DNA of 45,787 bases. Source: Desulfomonilia bacterium. Lineage in GTDB: Bacteria; Desulfobacterota; Desulfomonilia; UBA1062. A program made the translations under genes and the position numbers. The number at the start of each line of letters is the position of its first letter. Position 1 is the stretch's first letter. Location: the NCBI GenBank assembly GCA_050014195.1, contig JBEKDT010000024.1, positions 1 through 45,787 on the forward strand, written 5' to 3'. Below are positions 20,567 to 32,360 of this stretch, piece by piece. The notes below the pieces were generated by a model that saw only the letters and a program-made list of their open reading frames with translations, was not told the origin of the DNA and did not search any database.

Positions 20567-23500
20567 TCAATTACCCAGGCTCCTGCCCTTCCAGAGGTAG
20601 TAGATGCTCGGATAGATGATCAGCTCGAGGATGGTGGATGTGACTACACCGCCGACCATAGGCGCTGCGATGCGCTTCATGATGTCGGCGCCTGTGCCAT
20701 TGCTGAACATGATGGGAACAAGGCCTGCCAGGATGACGCTCACGGTCATGATCTTGGGCCGGATGCGCTTGACCGCACCGTCCATGACGGCATCCTTCAG
20801 GGCACTAAGGCCTGTCATCCTCCCTTCACCCATCCACCGGTTATACGCGAGATCCAGGTATAAGAGCATGACCACGCCGGTCTCCGCGTCAAGGCCGGCG
20901 AGCGCGATGATGCCCACCCATACGGCGATGCTCATGTTATAGCCCAAGAAATACAGGAACCAGAACGAGCCTACCAGGGAGAATGGCACTGCCAGCAGAA
21001 CGATGACGGTCTTCGTGATTGAGTGCGTATTGAGATAGATGAGCACAAAGATGATGAACAGGGTGAAGGGGATGACCACCTTGAGGGCTTTCTCGGTCTT
21101 GAGGAGGTATTCGTACTCCCCGCTCCATTCCAGGCGGTAGCCGGGCGGGATCTTTACGGAGGCCGCCTTCTCCTTGGCCTCGGCAACATATCCGCCCACG
21201 TCCCTGCCCGTGAAGTCGATATATACGTAAGTCGTAAGCAGGCCCTGCTCGCTCTTCACCATGGTGGGCCCGCGTATGATGCGAACATCCGCGAGTTCCG
21301 AGAGCGGTATCCAGGCTATCCTGGACGGGGTGAACCCTGGTGTCTGTCCGGACATGCCGGCATCGCCCGAGGAGGCAGCCATGGTTACCGGCACGAGTAC
21401 GTTCTTCAGCTTGCTGATGTCATTCCTGAACTCGCGGGCGTACCGTACATTGACAGGGAAGCGCTGCCTGCCCTCCACCGTCGTGGTGAGGTCCATGCCG
21501 CCTATGGTGGACTGCACCGCCTCCTGCACATCATCCACGTTCAGGCCGTACCGTGCGGCAGCCTCACGTCTTATGTCGAAATCGAGGAAATAACCGGTGG
21601 TGGCGCGCTCCGCATAGACGCTTCTGGTGCCCGGCACCGAGCGCAGGGTCCCTTCAAGGGCAATGCCGATCTTCTCGATCTCGGACAGGTTGCTCCCGAG
21701 GATCTTGATGCCTACAGGCGTCCTGATCCCGGTTGCGAGCATGTCGATCCTTGCCTTGATGGGCATGGTGAATGAGTTGGCCACGCCGGGTATGGAAAGC
21801 GCATCGTTGAGCTCGTCCTTGAGGGTCTCGATGGTCACACCCGGCCGCCACTGGTTCTCGGGCTTGAGGTTGATGACGGTCTCGAACATCTCCATGGGTG
21901 CCGGGTCTGTGGCTGTATCCGCCCTTCCCGCCTTGCCGAAGACCGAAGCCACCTCGGGCACGCGTTTGATCATGGAGTCCTGCATGATCAGAAGCTTCTT
22001 TGCTTCCGAGATGGACAGCGCAGGCACGGTCACGGGCATGTAGAAGAGCGTACCCTCGTTCAGCGGCGGCATGAACTCCTTGCCAAGCTTCATGATCGGA
22101 TAGACGGTTATTGCCATGATGATGAGCGCAGCGATGATGACACCGGCAGGGAACCTTAGGGCAAACCTGGCAACAGGCTCGTAGATCCATCGCAAGAACC
22201 TGCTGATGGGGTTGCGGTCTTCATGGCTGATGTTTCCCCGGATGAATAGGGTCATGAGCACCGGTGTGAGCGTGACGGCCAGGATGGACGAGAAGAGCAT
22301 GGCAAAGGTCTTGGTGTAGGCCAGAGGCTTGAAGAGCCTTCCTGCCTGGGCCTGGAGGGTGAAGACCGGCAGGAATCCCACCGTGATCACCAGAAGCGAG
22401 AAGAAGAGCGAGGGACCCACCTCCTTGGCGGCGCCCACGATGACTTCGGTCCGGTTACCCGGCCTTCCCGCGGCTTCCCATTCCTCGAGCCGTTTGTGGG
22501 CGTTTTCCACCATGATGATGGATGCATCCACCATGGCGCCGATGGCGATTGCTATGCCGCTTAGGCTCATGATGTTCGATGTGATGCCCATATAGTACAT
22601 GAGGATGAAGGAAAGGATGATGGCCACAGGCAAGGTAAGGATCACCACGAATGCGCTGGGGAGGTGGAAGAGAAAGATGAGGCACACAACACCCACTGCC
22701 AGTGCGAGCTTGACGATCTCGCTCTTGAGCGTATCGATGCTTCGGTAGATGAGATCGGACCGGTCGTAGGTGACCACGACCTTTACCCCCGGAGGCAGTG
22801 ACGGGGCGATATCCTGGGAGATCTTCTGCTTGACCCGTTCGATGACATCGAGCACATTTTGCCCGAATCGTACGACCACGATTCCGCCGGCCACTTCCCC
22901 CTTGCCGTCAAGATCGGCAAGACCCCTTCTAATCTCGGGTCCGAGCTGGACATTGGCAATATCCTTCAGCTGAATCGGGGTACCATTGATGTTCGTCCCT
23001 ACCGGGACTTTCTCCAGATCGGCCGTGCCTTTCAGATAGCCCCGGCCGCGAATCATGTATTCCGCCCCGGTAAGGTCGAGCACCCCGCCTTCCACGTCGA
23101 GGTTGCTCCTCCTGACGGCTTCCATGACCTTGGGAAGAGCGATGTTATAGGACTTGAGCCTGACCGGGTCTACGTTCACCTGGTACTGCTTTACAAATCC
23201 GCCTATGGATGCAACCTGGGAGACTCCGGGAACGCTCTCCAATCCCAGCTTGAGGGTGTAGTCCTGGATAGTCCGGAGATCTGCCAGGGTATGGGTTCCC
23301 TTCTCGTCGACCAGGGCATAGGAGAAACCCCAGCCGAGGCTCGTGGCATCAGGTCCGAGTACAGGGTTGACTCCTTGAGGTACCCGGCTCTTTACCGCCT
23401 CAAGGTATTCGAGGACGCGGCTGCGCGCCCAATAGATATTCGTGCCTTCATCAAAGATCACGTAGATGAACGAAGACCCGAGGAAGGAGAACCCCCGGAC

Positions 23501-23743
23501 CGCCTGCACGCTCGGTGCAGCAAGGAGCGTGGACGAAATGGGATAGGTGACCTGGTCCTCGACAAGATCGGGGCTCCTGCCCGGCCACTCGGTGTAGATG
23601 ATCACCTAGGTGTCGGAAAGGTCGGGAATGGCATCCAGAGGCATTCTGTTCAGGGCCCAGATGCCCCAGATAAAGGTGCAGAAGGTAAGGAGAAGGACGA
23701 GGAATACGTTCCTGGAACTCCACCCTATGATCTTCTCAATCAT
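20567..23743 (-). pseudogene. cusA: CusA/CzcA heavy-metal RND permease interrupted by an in-frame TAG at codon 46
   Basis: Reading from ATG 23743: MIEKIIGWSSRN...PLDAIPDLSDT*VIIYTEWPG. The family has Q at the starred position. The rest is an intact CusA (YWARSRVLEYL, LGPDAT, FMPPLNEG, DPAP..M.ET, RIDMLATG). Confidence 0.88.
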
Positions 23744-23762
23744 GCAGATGCCTCAAAATATT

Positions 23763-23944
23763 CCCCCTCATCCTTTCCTTCTCCCTCCAGGGGAGAAGGG
23801 ACATAACGCCGCAATCTCCGCCCCCCTCTCCCCATTTTTTCTCTATGGGGAGTGACTCAGGCCATCCATGGCCTTCTCCCTTCGGGCGCACGTGAAGTGC
23901 GTCCAATTCGGCTATCCTGCCGAATTGTGGGTCGGTGTGAGGGG
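23763..23944. repeat. Inverted pair of BoxC-like (CCCTCTCCC...GGGAGAGGG) palindromic repeats, the right copy split by a 76-bp insert
   Basis: Copy 1 at 23763-23800. Copy 2 left part at 23821-23852 and right part GGGTCGGTGTGAGGGG at 23929-23944. Compare the intact copies at 34169-34206 and 34313-34349. Confidence 0.7.
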
Positions 23945-23986
23945 TCCATCTGAATGGTCTCTTCTTCATTCAAATATTCTTTACTT

Positions 23987-25168
23987 TCATTTGGACAACG
24001 GCGCCACGCCCTTGAGCTGGGCCTCGGAATCGATCAGGAAGAGGGCCGATGCCACGACACGCTCCCCGTTCTTCAGACCTGAAACGATCTCCCGCATGTC
24101 GTCCGATCGCAGACCGGCAGTCACCTCCCGGGGCTCGAAGTTGCCTTCGCCCTTATCCACGTAGACGATCTGCCTTTCCCCCGTGTCCAGAACGGCATCT
24201 CCGGGAACGGCAAGCCTGTTGCCCAGGTCGGCGGCTATTTCCACGGTCGCAAACATCTTGGGTTTAAAGATCCCCGAGGGGTTTGCAAGCATGCACCTGG
24301 CCTTCAAGGTCCTGGTATCGGGGTTGATATCGGGGTAGACGAAATCTATCGGCGCAGTGAAGACCTTACCAGGCATGCCATCAAAGCTGATTCGTGCGGT
24401 AAGACCCTTCTTTATCAAGGCGATATCAGGCTGGCTCACCTCGATAACGACCCATACCTTTGACAGGTCGGCAATGTCGAGGAGCGGCTCGCCCGGCATG
24501 ACTTTCATGCCTTGTGTCGCATAGCGCTTCACCACATACCCGGAGACCTGGCTGAAGATGGTGAGTGTCCTTACGGGTTTGCCTGTTTTCTCCAGCTGGT
24601 CGATCTGGGCATCCGTGATGTCCCAGAGCTTGAGCCGCTGTCTGGCTGCAGCATACACCCGCTCCGAGTCTTCAGGAAGCAAGGCCCCGGAAGTACCCTT
24701 GCTGTCGGATGTCCGCCAGGATTTCAGATTGATCAACTCCTGCTGGGCTGCCAGGAGATCGGGGCTGTAGATCTGAAGAAGCGGATCTCCCTTTTTCAGA
24801 TATCTCCCGGTGTAGTCCGCATAAAGACGCTCGACCCAGCCCTCCACCTTGGTGTTCACGGTAAAGAGCATCTGCTCGTCGGATTCGACGAGCCCGTTCA
24901 GACGGATGATCTTCTTCATAGGGATAAGAGCTGCAGGTACAGTCTTCAAGCCGATGAGGCGCTGTTTGTCTCCGGGTATCTCCACCGTGGGTGCCTCCTG
25001 CTCCTGAGTGGTAGCGGGCTCGGATACAGCAGGTGCGGACCCGTGCACATGATCCTGGGCCTGTATCCGGTTATCCCCCCCTCCCCTCAGGACGGCAAAC
25101 CAGAGCAATGCTCCTGCTGCGACCAGAAGGATCACACTTAGGATGATCCATGTCTTCATCTTCATCAC
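23987..25168 (-). CDS. cusB: CusB-type RND periplasmic adaptor
   Basis: GWVERLY, IYSPDL.AAQQE, RLKLWDI, IADLSKVWV, LFLIDSEAQL. Adjacent to cusA. Confidence 0.92.
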   Translation of the reverse strand: MMKMKTWIILSVILLVAAGALLWFAVLRGGGDNRIQAQDHVHGSAPAVSEPATTQEQEAPTVEIPGDKQRLIGLKTVPAALIPMKKIIRLNGLVESDEQMLFTVNTKVEGWVERLYADYTGRYLKKGDPLLQIYSPDLLAAQQELINLKSWRTSDSKGTSGALLPEDSERVYAAARQRLKLWDITDAQIDQLEKTGKPVRTLTIFSQVSGYVVKRYATQGMKVMPGEPLLDIADLSKVWVVIEVSQPDIALIKKGLTARISFDGMPGKVFTAPIDFVYPDINPDTRTLKARCMLANPSGIFKPKMFATVEIAADLGNRLAVPGDAVLDTGERQIVYVDKGEGNFEPREVTAGLRSDDMREIVSGLKNGERVVASALFLIDSEAQLKGVAPLSK

Positions 25169-26433
25169 TTGTCCTCCATAGCCCCTGTATATACCTTGAT
25201 CCGTGCTATGGCCTTCTCGTGCTCCACATACTGCTGCCAGCTGGTGAGTTCGTAGTCAAAAGGCACCTTCAACTTTGCCAGGGCTGATGCAGCTTCCATT
25301 TTTCCCGATGAATACTGGGCAAGAGCGGCATCGATGTCCTGCCTGGCCTTGGGGATCAGGGCATTCTTATAGAGCTCCATGACCCGCTCGGATGCATTGA
25401 CCATGGCGAGGTTGTCCCTGATATCGCTTTCAATCTTGAACCTTGCAGCATCCAGCTCTTTGCGGGCTGCAGCGAGGTTCCATGTGGCCTCGGAAATGCC
25501 TGCACCCTGTTTGCTCTTGTAAAAGACCGGTAAAGGCACGCTCGCGGTCAAAGCCCACATATTGTCGAATCCGTTTCCCCGGTTGAAATATGAGGCGGCC
25601 AGGGTGACATCAGGCCAGGCCTCCTTCTTGCTCCTGGACAGCTTCTTTTCCGATGCCAAGATCATCTTCTGTTGTATGACAAGCTCTGACGCCTGGGTAC
25701 TTGCCTTATCCAGGAGTTCCTGCAGGGTATAATGAAAAGGTGTGGCCGGAGATTCCACCGGTCTTCCGATCGGGGCCGAGGTTTCACGGCCTACCTCCCG
25801 GTTGAGCATGGCCTTGATGGATTCCACCCTGCGCTTTGCCATCTCCTCCTTCTCGATGAGCATGTACTTCTCCGCCTGGGCCATGATCACGTCTTCCTGC
25901 GGCCCCGCGCCTGCTGCATAGCGAGCCAGAGCTGCCTTCTCCAGTTGTGCCAGCAATGGTTTGCGTGACTGGATGAGATCGAGCTCCTTGACAGCAAGGA
26001 AAAGGTCAAAGTAGGCCTCCGAAACCCTGCCCGCCACCTCTCGTTTCATGGTTTCCACAGTCGCCATTTCAGCCTGTGCCTCAAAGGCGGATGCATCCTC
26101 CTGGAGAGAGAGCTTTCCCGGGAAGGGGAAGGTCTGGGCAAGGGAGAGCGTCCACCAGGAGTCCTGGGATTTGCCATAGGTGTACCCGTTGAAGCCACCG
26201 TTCTGGTATCCGACCGATAGCATCGGGTCAGCCGGAGAAGCCGACTGGGATATCCTTTCCGATGCAGACATCGCTTTTGCCTCGGCGGAGAGGATTTCAG
26301 GGTTGTTCTTCAATGCCTCATCAACGAGGTCCTTCAGTGAGACCGGCGGATCTTGAGCCGGGGCATAGGTAGAGAGCACCAGGAAAAGCCCTAAGACACT
26401 CCACAGTGATTTTGAGACTCTCGACATGGGCAT
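25165..26433 (-). CDS. TolC/CusC family outer membrane efflux protein
   Basis: Signal peptide, AL.NNPEI, QTFPFPGK, SVPLP. Overlaps the cusB start. Confidence 0.9.
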   Translation of the reverse strand: MPMSRVSKSLWSVLGLFLVLSTYAPAQDPPVSLKDLVDEALKNNPEILSAEAKAMSASERISQSASPADPMLSVGYQNGGFNGYTYGKSQDSWWTLSLAQTFPFPGKLSLQEDASAFEAQAEMATVETMKREVAGRVSEAYFDLFLAVKELDLIQSRKPLLAQLEKAALARYAAGAGPQEDVIMAQAEKYMLIEKEEMAKRRVESIKAMLNREVGRETSAPIGRPVESPATPFHYTLQELLDKASTQASELVIQQKMILASEKKLSRSKKEAWPDVTLAASYFNRGNGFDNMWALTASVPLPVFYKSKQGAGISEATWNLAAARKELDAARFKIESDIRDNLAMVNASERVMELYKNALIPKARQDIDAALAQYSSGKMEAASALAKLKVPFDYELTSWQQYVEHEKAIARIKVYTGAMEDK

Positions 26434-26441
26434 ATCTTTGT

Positions 26442-26831
26442 CTATGATACATCAACATTAAATCTCACGGTTTCTGTTTTCCCGCTGCGGGTAATCTTGA
26501 TGTTCAGGCCCCAAGACCCGCCCATGGAGAAATTCAGCGTACCTGCATACGATTCGCCCTTGAGCTGAGGGGTGACCTTATAGCGCATGGCAGGCATGCC
26601 GGGCATTGCGGGCATTTCGTAGTTCACAACGACTTTGGCGTCCTTGATCACCTTTCCTGCAGCATCCTTAATGGTTATGGAAACATTGTTCTCGCCAAGG
26701 GAAGGGGGGTTCTTTTCCACCTTGATCAAAACGGAATATGGCCCTGCCTGCTTTGTAAATTCCAGGTCTTTTGCCAGGACGACACCAGAGGCCAGGATGA
26801 ACATAATGCTCACAATCAATACCTTCTTCAT
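26442..26831 (-). CDS. YtkA/FixH-like periplasmic Met-rich protein
   Basis: Signal peptide, PP..G.N, MPAMPGMPAM, F.MGG.W. First gene of the Cus-type operon. Confidence 0.8.
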   Translation of the reverse strand: MKKVLIVSIMFILASGVVLAKDLEFTKQAGPYSVLIKVEKNPPSLGENNVSITIKDAAGKVIKDAKVVVNYEMPAMPGMPAMRYKVTPQLKGESYAGTLNFSMGGSWGLNIKITRSGKTETVRFNVDVS

Positions 26832-26951
26832 GCAACACTCCTTTACTTCGAGGTATGTTTATTACCTTGCACTATTAAGTGGTGGGTTAAAGGCCCCGGG
26901 TCAAGATCTTCAGGGCTATTTGCCGTTCATCTATCTATAATCATTAAGTTA

Positions 26952-27878
26952 TTATTTGGTTGTGTGGAACAGCCATGTGGAAAGATACCGCTCGCCGGTG
27001 TCGGGCAGCAGGACGACGATGGTCTTGCCCTTAGCCTCTTTCCTTTTCGCCACCTCAAGACCGGCCCACAGGGCCGCACCGCTCGATATGCCCGCCAGGA
27101 TCCCTTCATTTTTGGCAAGTGCACGTGCCGTCTCCCCGGCATTTTCGTTGGACACGAGGATGACCTCATCCAGAATGTCCCTATTCAGCACATCAGGCAC
27201 GAATCCCGCGCCGATCCCCTGAATCTTGTGAGACCCTGGTTTTCCCTTGGAAAGCACGGGCGAGTCAGCAGGCTCGATCCCGATGATCTTTACTGAGGGT
27301 TTTTTTGATTTCAGGACCTCGCCCACCCCGGTGATGGTCCCTCCTGTTCCGATCCCGGCAACGAAATAGTCCACCTTTCCGTTTGTGTCCTTCCAGATCT
27401 CCTGGGCCGTGGTCTTCCTGTGGATCTCAGGATTTACCGGGTTCTTGAACTGCTGGGGCATGAAGCTGTTCTTCATCTTCCGGGTAAGCTCTTCCGCCTT
27501 TTGTACTGCCCCGCCCATCCCTTTTGCCCCCTCCGTAAGGACAAGTTCGGCCCCGAGGAACGTAAGGAGCTGGCGCCGTTCCATGCTGAAGGTCTCGGGC
27601 ATGGTGAGAATGAGCCGGTAGCCTTTTGCCGCAGCGACAAACGCCAGGGCGATGCCGGTATTGCCGCTCGTTGGTTCGATGATCACCGTATCCTTTTTCA
27701 GCAGACCCTTCTTTTCCGCCGCCTCGATCATGGCCACACCGATGCGGTCTTTCACACTGCTTAGCGGATTGAAGGACTCGATCTTAACGAGCAAGGTCGA
27801 CTTCACTCCCTCGGTCAGACGGTTGATCCTTACCAGTGGCGTATTGCCTACGGTCTTTGTTATGTCGCCATAGATCAT
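26952..27878 (-). CDS. cysK: Cysteine synthase A, copy 1
   Basis: [43 protein letters not shown]. Confidence 0.95.
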   Translation of the reverse strand: MIYGDITKTVGNTPLVRINRLTEGVKSTLLVKIESFNPLSSVKDRIGVAMIEAAEKKGLLKKDTVIIEPTSGNTGIALAFVAAAKGYRLILTMPETFSMERRQLLTFLGAELVLTEGAKGMGGAVQKAEELTRKMKNSFMPQQFKNPVNPEIHRKTTAQEIWKDTNGKVDYFVAGIGTGGTITGVGEVLKSKKPSVKIIGIEPADSPVLSKGKPGSHKIQGIGAGFVPDVLNRDILDEVILVSNENAGETARALAKNEGILAGISSGAALWAGLEVAKRKEAKGKTIVVLLPDTGERYLSTWLFHTTK

Positions 27879-27900
27879 GGTTTCATCCTTTTTTATTCGC

Positions 27901-28000
27901 TCGCGGCTAAAGCCGCTCCTCCAACAAACATATTATCGAGATGTAGGAGCGCCTTCAGGCGCGACCCGTTTCGGATGTCGCGGCTAAAGCCGCTCCTACA
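27901..28000. repeat. Cluster of three GTAG-family REP palindromes (REPIN-like)
   Basis: TCGCGGCTAAAGCCGCTCCTCCA (27901-27923), TGTAGGAGCGCCTTCAGGCGCGA (27942-27964), TCGCGGCTAAAGCCGCTCCTACA (27978-28000). Confidence 0.85.
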
Positions 28001-28028
28001 TTTTACTCTCGCTTCTATTCACTGGTCA

Positions 28029-29324
<1,296 letters not shown>

Positions 29325-29369
29325 TTATCTTTTAAAATATGAAATCCCCTGCATTATGAGAGGTATCCT

Positions 29370-30137
29370 TTATCTTAAGAGTAATCGCTCCTCCCCACTG
29401 TACACATCCATCCTCGATCCCTTCACATGACCGGCAAGGGTGAGATTCGCCACCCTGGCCAGCTTCACCGCCTGGTTCGTGGGTGAGCCGAGGGCCGCTA
29501 TGACAGGTATGCGGCACCGTAAGACCTTGGAGAGTATCTCCGAAGAGATCCTGCCCGTGGTGAGCATGATTGTCTCGGTGAAATTCAGGCCCTGGGTTAG
29601 TGCTTCGCCGATCACCTTGTCCAGGGCGTTGTGCCTGCCGATGTCGTCCCTGAAGATGAGGATGCGTTCCCGTGTGGCCAGGGCCCCGCTGTGCACGCCG
29701 CGGGTCTTTGTATGCTCGGGAGAGCCCTTGATAAATTCCTTCATGAGTGCTGATATCTCGGATGCATTCAGGACAAAACCATCTTCCAGCCTGGTCTTGT
29801 GGATGACATCCATTGGGTTATGGAAGATCACCCCTTTCCCGCAGCCCGAGGTATAGACACGCTTGAACACGAACTCGCTCCCGTCGCCTTCGATCGCAAC
29901 CGATACATTGAAGCGTTCCGTGTCGATGAGGATGGACTTCAAAGCCGTGTAATCCGGTATGACACCGGAGGTAAAAAGGAAGCCCGTGACAAGATTTTTA
30001 AGATGGTCAGGGCTGCACAAAAGCGTTGCAAGCTCCTGGCCGTTGACCTCGATGGTAAGGGGGACCTCTTCGCTTATGTCCTCAACGACCCGTTTGGAAG
30101 AATCATCCTGAAACTTGAGTATCTCGATGCCTTCCAT
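29370..30137 (-). CDS. fdhD: FdhD/NarQ family sulfur-carrier protein
   Basis: EEVPLTI.VNG, GFLFTSG, TSGCG, TRGVH.GA, DIGRHNALDKVIG, TGRISSE. Confidence 0.9.
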   Translation of the reverse strand: MEGIEILKFQDDSSKRVVEDISEEVPLTIEVNGQELATLLCSPDHLKNLVTGFLFTSGVIPDYTALKSILIDTERFNVSVAIEGDGSEFVFKRVYTSGCGKGVIFHNPMDVIHKTRLEDGFVLNASEISALMKEFIKGSPEHTKTRGVHSGALATRERILIFRDDIGRHNALDKVIGEALTQGLNFTETIMLTTGRISSEILSKVLRCRIPVIAALGSPTNQAVKLARVANLTLAGHVKGSRMDVYSGEERLLLR

Positions 30138-30140
30138 AAT

Positions 30141-31049
30141 TCACGACCTGTATATGAGCATCTTCTGGATGCACTTCTTTGCCTTGGCAATGGTCTCACG
30201 GGGCAGGGTTATCTCGTGGCGCATCTCCTCGAGCGCCCACAACACCTTTTCCAGGGTGGTGAGTTTCATGTTTGGACAGACCGCCTTATCAGAAGCCGGA
30301 TAGAAGGTCTTGTCGGGATTATTTTTGCGTATCCTGTGGAGGATGCCCACCTCGGTGGCCATGATGAACTCCTTTTCCTTCATCTCCTGGGCATACCAGC
30401 ACATTCCTTCGGTGGACAGGACCTTGTCCGCAAGTTCCCTCACCCCCCGGGTGCACTCGGGATGGGCCAGGACCACTGCTTCGGGGTGCAGCTCCTTCTG
30501 CCGCATAATATCCTCCGGCAGGATCCTGGCATGGGTAGGACAGTACCCTTTCCAGGTAATGAGCTCATACCCCGTTTCATTCATCACATGGTCCGCAAGG
30601 TACTGGTCCGGGACAAAGATGATCTCCTCCCTGTCCTCCATGGCATCCTTGACGATGCTCACGGCATTGGCCGAGGTGCAGCACAGATCACACTCGGCCT
30701 TCACCTCTGCGGTGGTATTCACATAGCACAGAACCTTTGCCTTCGGGTGCTTGGCCTTCAGATCCCGCAACTGATCTGCATTGATCATGTCTGCCATGGG
30801 ACACCCGGCATTGATGTCGGGAATAAGCACGGTCTTCCTGGGGGACAGGATCTTGGCCGTCTCCGCCATGAAGTGGACCCCGCAGAACACGATCACCTGG
30901 GCATCGGTGCCGGCGGCCTGGATGCTCAATCCAAGAGAGTCACCCACGAAGTCTGCTACGTCCTGTATCTCGGGGAGCTGGTAGTTGTGTGCGAGGATGA
31001 CAGCATTCTTCGCCCGTTTAAGTCTCAGGATTTCATCAACGATCCCCAT
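30141..31049 (-). CDS. nadA: Quinolinate synthase
   Basis: ILAHNYQ, FCGVHFMAETAKIL, AGCPMA, YVNT, CPTH, AHPEC, CPNMK. Confidence 0.96.
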   Translation of the reverse strand: MGIVDEILRLKRAKNAVILAHNYQLPEIQDVADFVGDSLGLSIQAAGTDAQVIVFCGVHFMAETAKILSPRKTVLIPDINAGCPMADMINADQLRDLKAKHPKAKVLCYVNTTAEVKAECDLCCTSANAVSIVKDAMEDREEIIFVPDQYLADHVMNETGYELITWKGYCPTHARILPEDIMRQKELHPEAVVLAHPECTRGVRELADKVLSTEGMCWYAQEMKEKEFIMATEVGILHRIRKNNPDKTFYPASDKAVCPNMKLTTLEKVLWALEEMRHEITLPRETIAKAKKCIQKMLIYRS

Positions 31050-31089
31050 TCATTCTCCTTATCTTTAAGGACATTGTCCCGATTTTTCC

Positions 31090-31175
31090 ACTAGTCATCG
31101 ATGGCAGCGCAGGGCCTTCTCGGCAAGAAAATGATCCATCACCTTGTCGCTGTATATCTTCAATTGATCGCCCAT
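31090..31175 (-). pseudogene. iscU: iscU/nifU remnant with a large internal deletion
   Basis: ATG 31175 after AGGAGG reads MGDQLKIYSDKVMDHFL, matching the IscU N-terminal YSxKVxDHF motif. This is fused directly to AEKALR and, after a frameshift, AAIDD*, resembling the IscU C-terminal LAExALxAAIxDY. Confidence 0.8.
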
Positions 31176-31178
31176 CAC

Positions 31179-32345
31179 TTAAGCCCTCCTTTGATACAGC
31201 GGGGATATTGCCCGCAGCTTCCTCACGATTGCAGGCAGAACCTCGATGACGCGCTCGATCTCATGGTTTGTGGTATTTCTCCCGAGGGTAAGGCGGAGCG
31301 AGCCGTGGGCAAGCTCAATGGGCAGACCAATGGCGGCCAGGACATGCGAGGGCTCCAGGCTCGATGAGGTACAGGCGCTTCCGGTGGAGACCGCTATGCC
31401 ACTCATGTCGAGGGTGAGCAGCATGGCCTCCCCCTCGACGTATGCTATGGAGATGTTCACATTGTTAGGCAGTCTCTTGGCGGGGTGACCATTGAGGCGG
31501 CTATCTTCGATAGAGGAATGCAGGCCTTCTATGAGCCTGTCCCTCAGTGCTGACTGCCGTACGGCTTCTTCCTTCATCTCGCCCTTAGCAAGCTCCACAG
31601 CCCTACCGAAACCAACGATGCCCGGGACATTGATTGTCGAGGCCCTGCGGCGGCGCTCCTGATCCCCGCCATGGAGCAGCGGTGCAATGCGCGTTCCCTT
31701 GCGGATATAGAGCATGCCCACCCCCTTCGGACCATAGACCTTGTGGCCGGATGCGCTCAGCAGATCCACATGCAGCGCATCGACATCGATGGGACAGTGA
31801 CCGAGGGTCTGTACCGCGTCGGTATGGAAATAAATGCCGTGATCGCGGGCAACAGCCCCGATATCTGCAATGGGCTCTATCGTGCCGATCTCGTTGTTCG
31901 CATGCATGATAGAGATCAGGATGGTCTTGTCCGTTACCGCCTTTTTCACATCATCCGGATCTACAAGGCCGTATTCATCAACGCCCAGATATGTCACGGA
32001 AAATCCTTGCGTCTCAAGGAACTTGCATGTCTCAAGCACGGCATGATGTTCGATTGCAGAGGTTATGATATGGTTGCCCTTGTCCTTACGGGCAAGCGCC
32101 ACACCCTTGAAGACGAAGTTATCGCTCTCGGTACCGCCGCTGGTGAACACGATCTCTTCAGGCTTTGCACCGATGATGGATGCCGCATGATCCCTGGAAT
32201 TTTCTACAGCCTCCTTTGCCTCCTGGCCGAAGGAGTGGAGGCTCGATGCGTTCCCGTAATTCTGAGTCATATACGCCAGCATGGCCTGAGCGACCTCAGG
32301 GGCTACCGGAGTAGTTGCTGCATGGTCGAGGTATATCCTGTCCAT
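31179..32345 (-). CDS. iscS: Cysteine desulfurase (IscS/NifS)
   Basis: YLDHAATTP, FTSGGTESDN, HTDAVQ, SGHKVYGPKG, STGSACTS. Confidence 0.95.
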   Translation of the reverse strand: MDRIYLDHAATTPVAPEVAQAMLAYMTQNYGNASSLHSFGQEAKEAVENSRDHAASIIGAKPEEIVFTSGGTESDNFVFKGVALARKDKGNHIITSAIEHHAVLETCKFLETQGFSVTYLGVDEYGLVDPDDVKKAVTDKTILISIMHANNEIGTIEPIADIGAVARDHGIYFHTDAVQTLGHCPIDVDALHVDLLSASGHKVYGPKGVGMLYIRKGTRIAPLLHGGDQERRRRASTINVPGIVGFGRAVELAKGEMKEEAVRQSALRDRLIEGLHSSIEDSRLNGHPAKRLPNNVNISIAYVEGEAMLLTLDMSGIAVSTGSACTSSSLEPSHVLAAIGLPIELAHGSLRLTLGRNTTNHEIERVIEVLPAIVRKLRAISPLYQRRA

Positions 32346-32360
32346 ATTGATAGACGCAGC

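Noticed and set aside
23606-23608. Pyrrolysine or genome-wide TAG-to-Gln recoding
   Set aside because: TAG terminates several intact genes in the window and no pyl genes are present. A point mutation or error is simpler.
26860-26905. CueR/MerR-type operator upstream of the cus operon
   Set aside because: The ACC...GGT symmetry is imperfect and its spacing does not fit ACCTTCC-N7-GGAAGGT within a 19-bp promoter spacer.
27901-28000. CRISPR array
   Set aside because: The repeats alternate in orientation with 13-18 bp gaps and match REP structure. No cas genes.
29799-31094. Long antisense ORFs (431 aa here, also 3473-4348, 4389-5210, 22859-23806, 31671-32504)
   Set aside because: They are opposite-strand shadows of clearly recognisable genes, with no motifs of their own.
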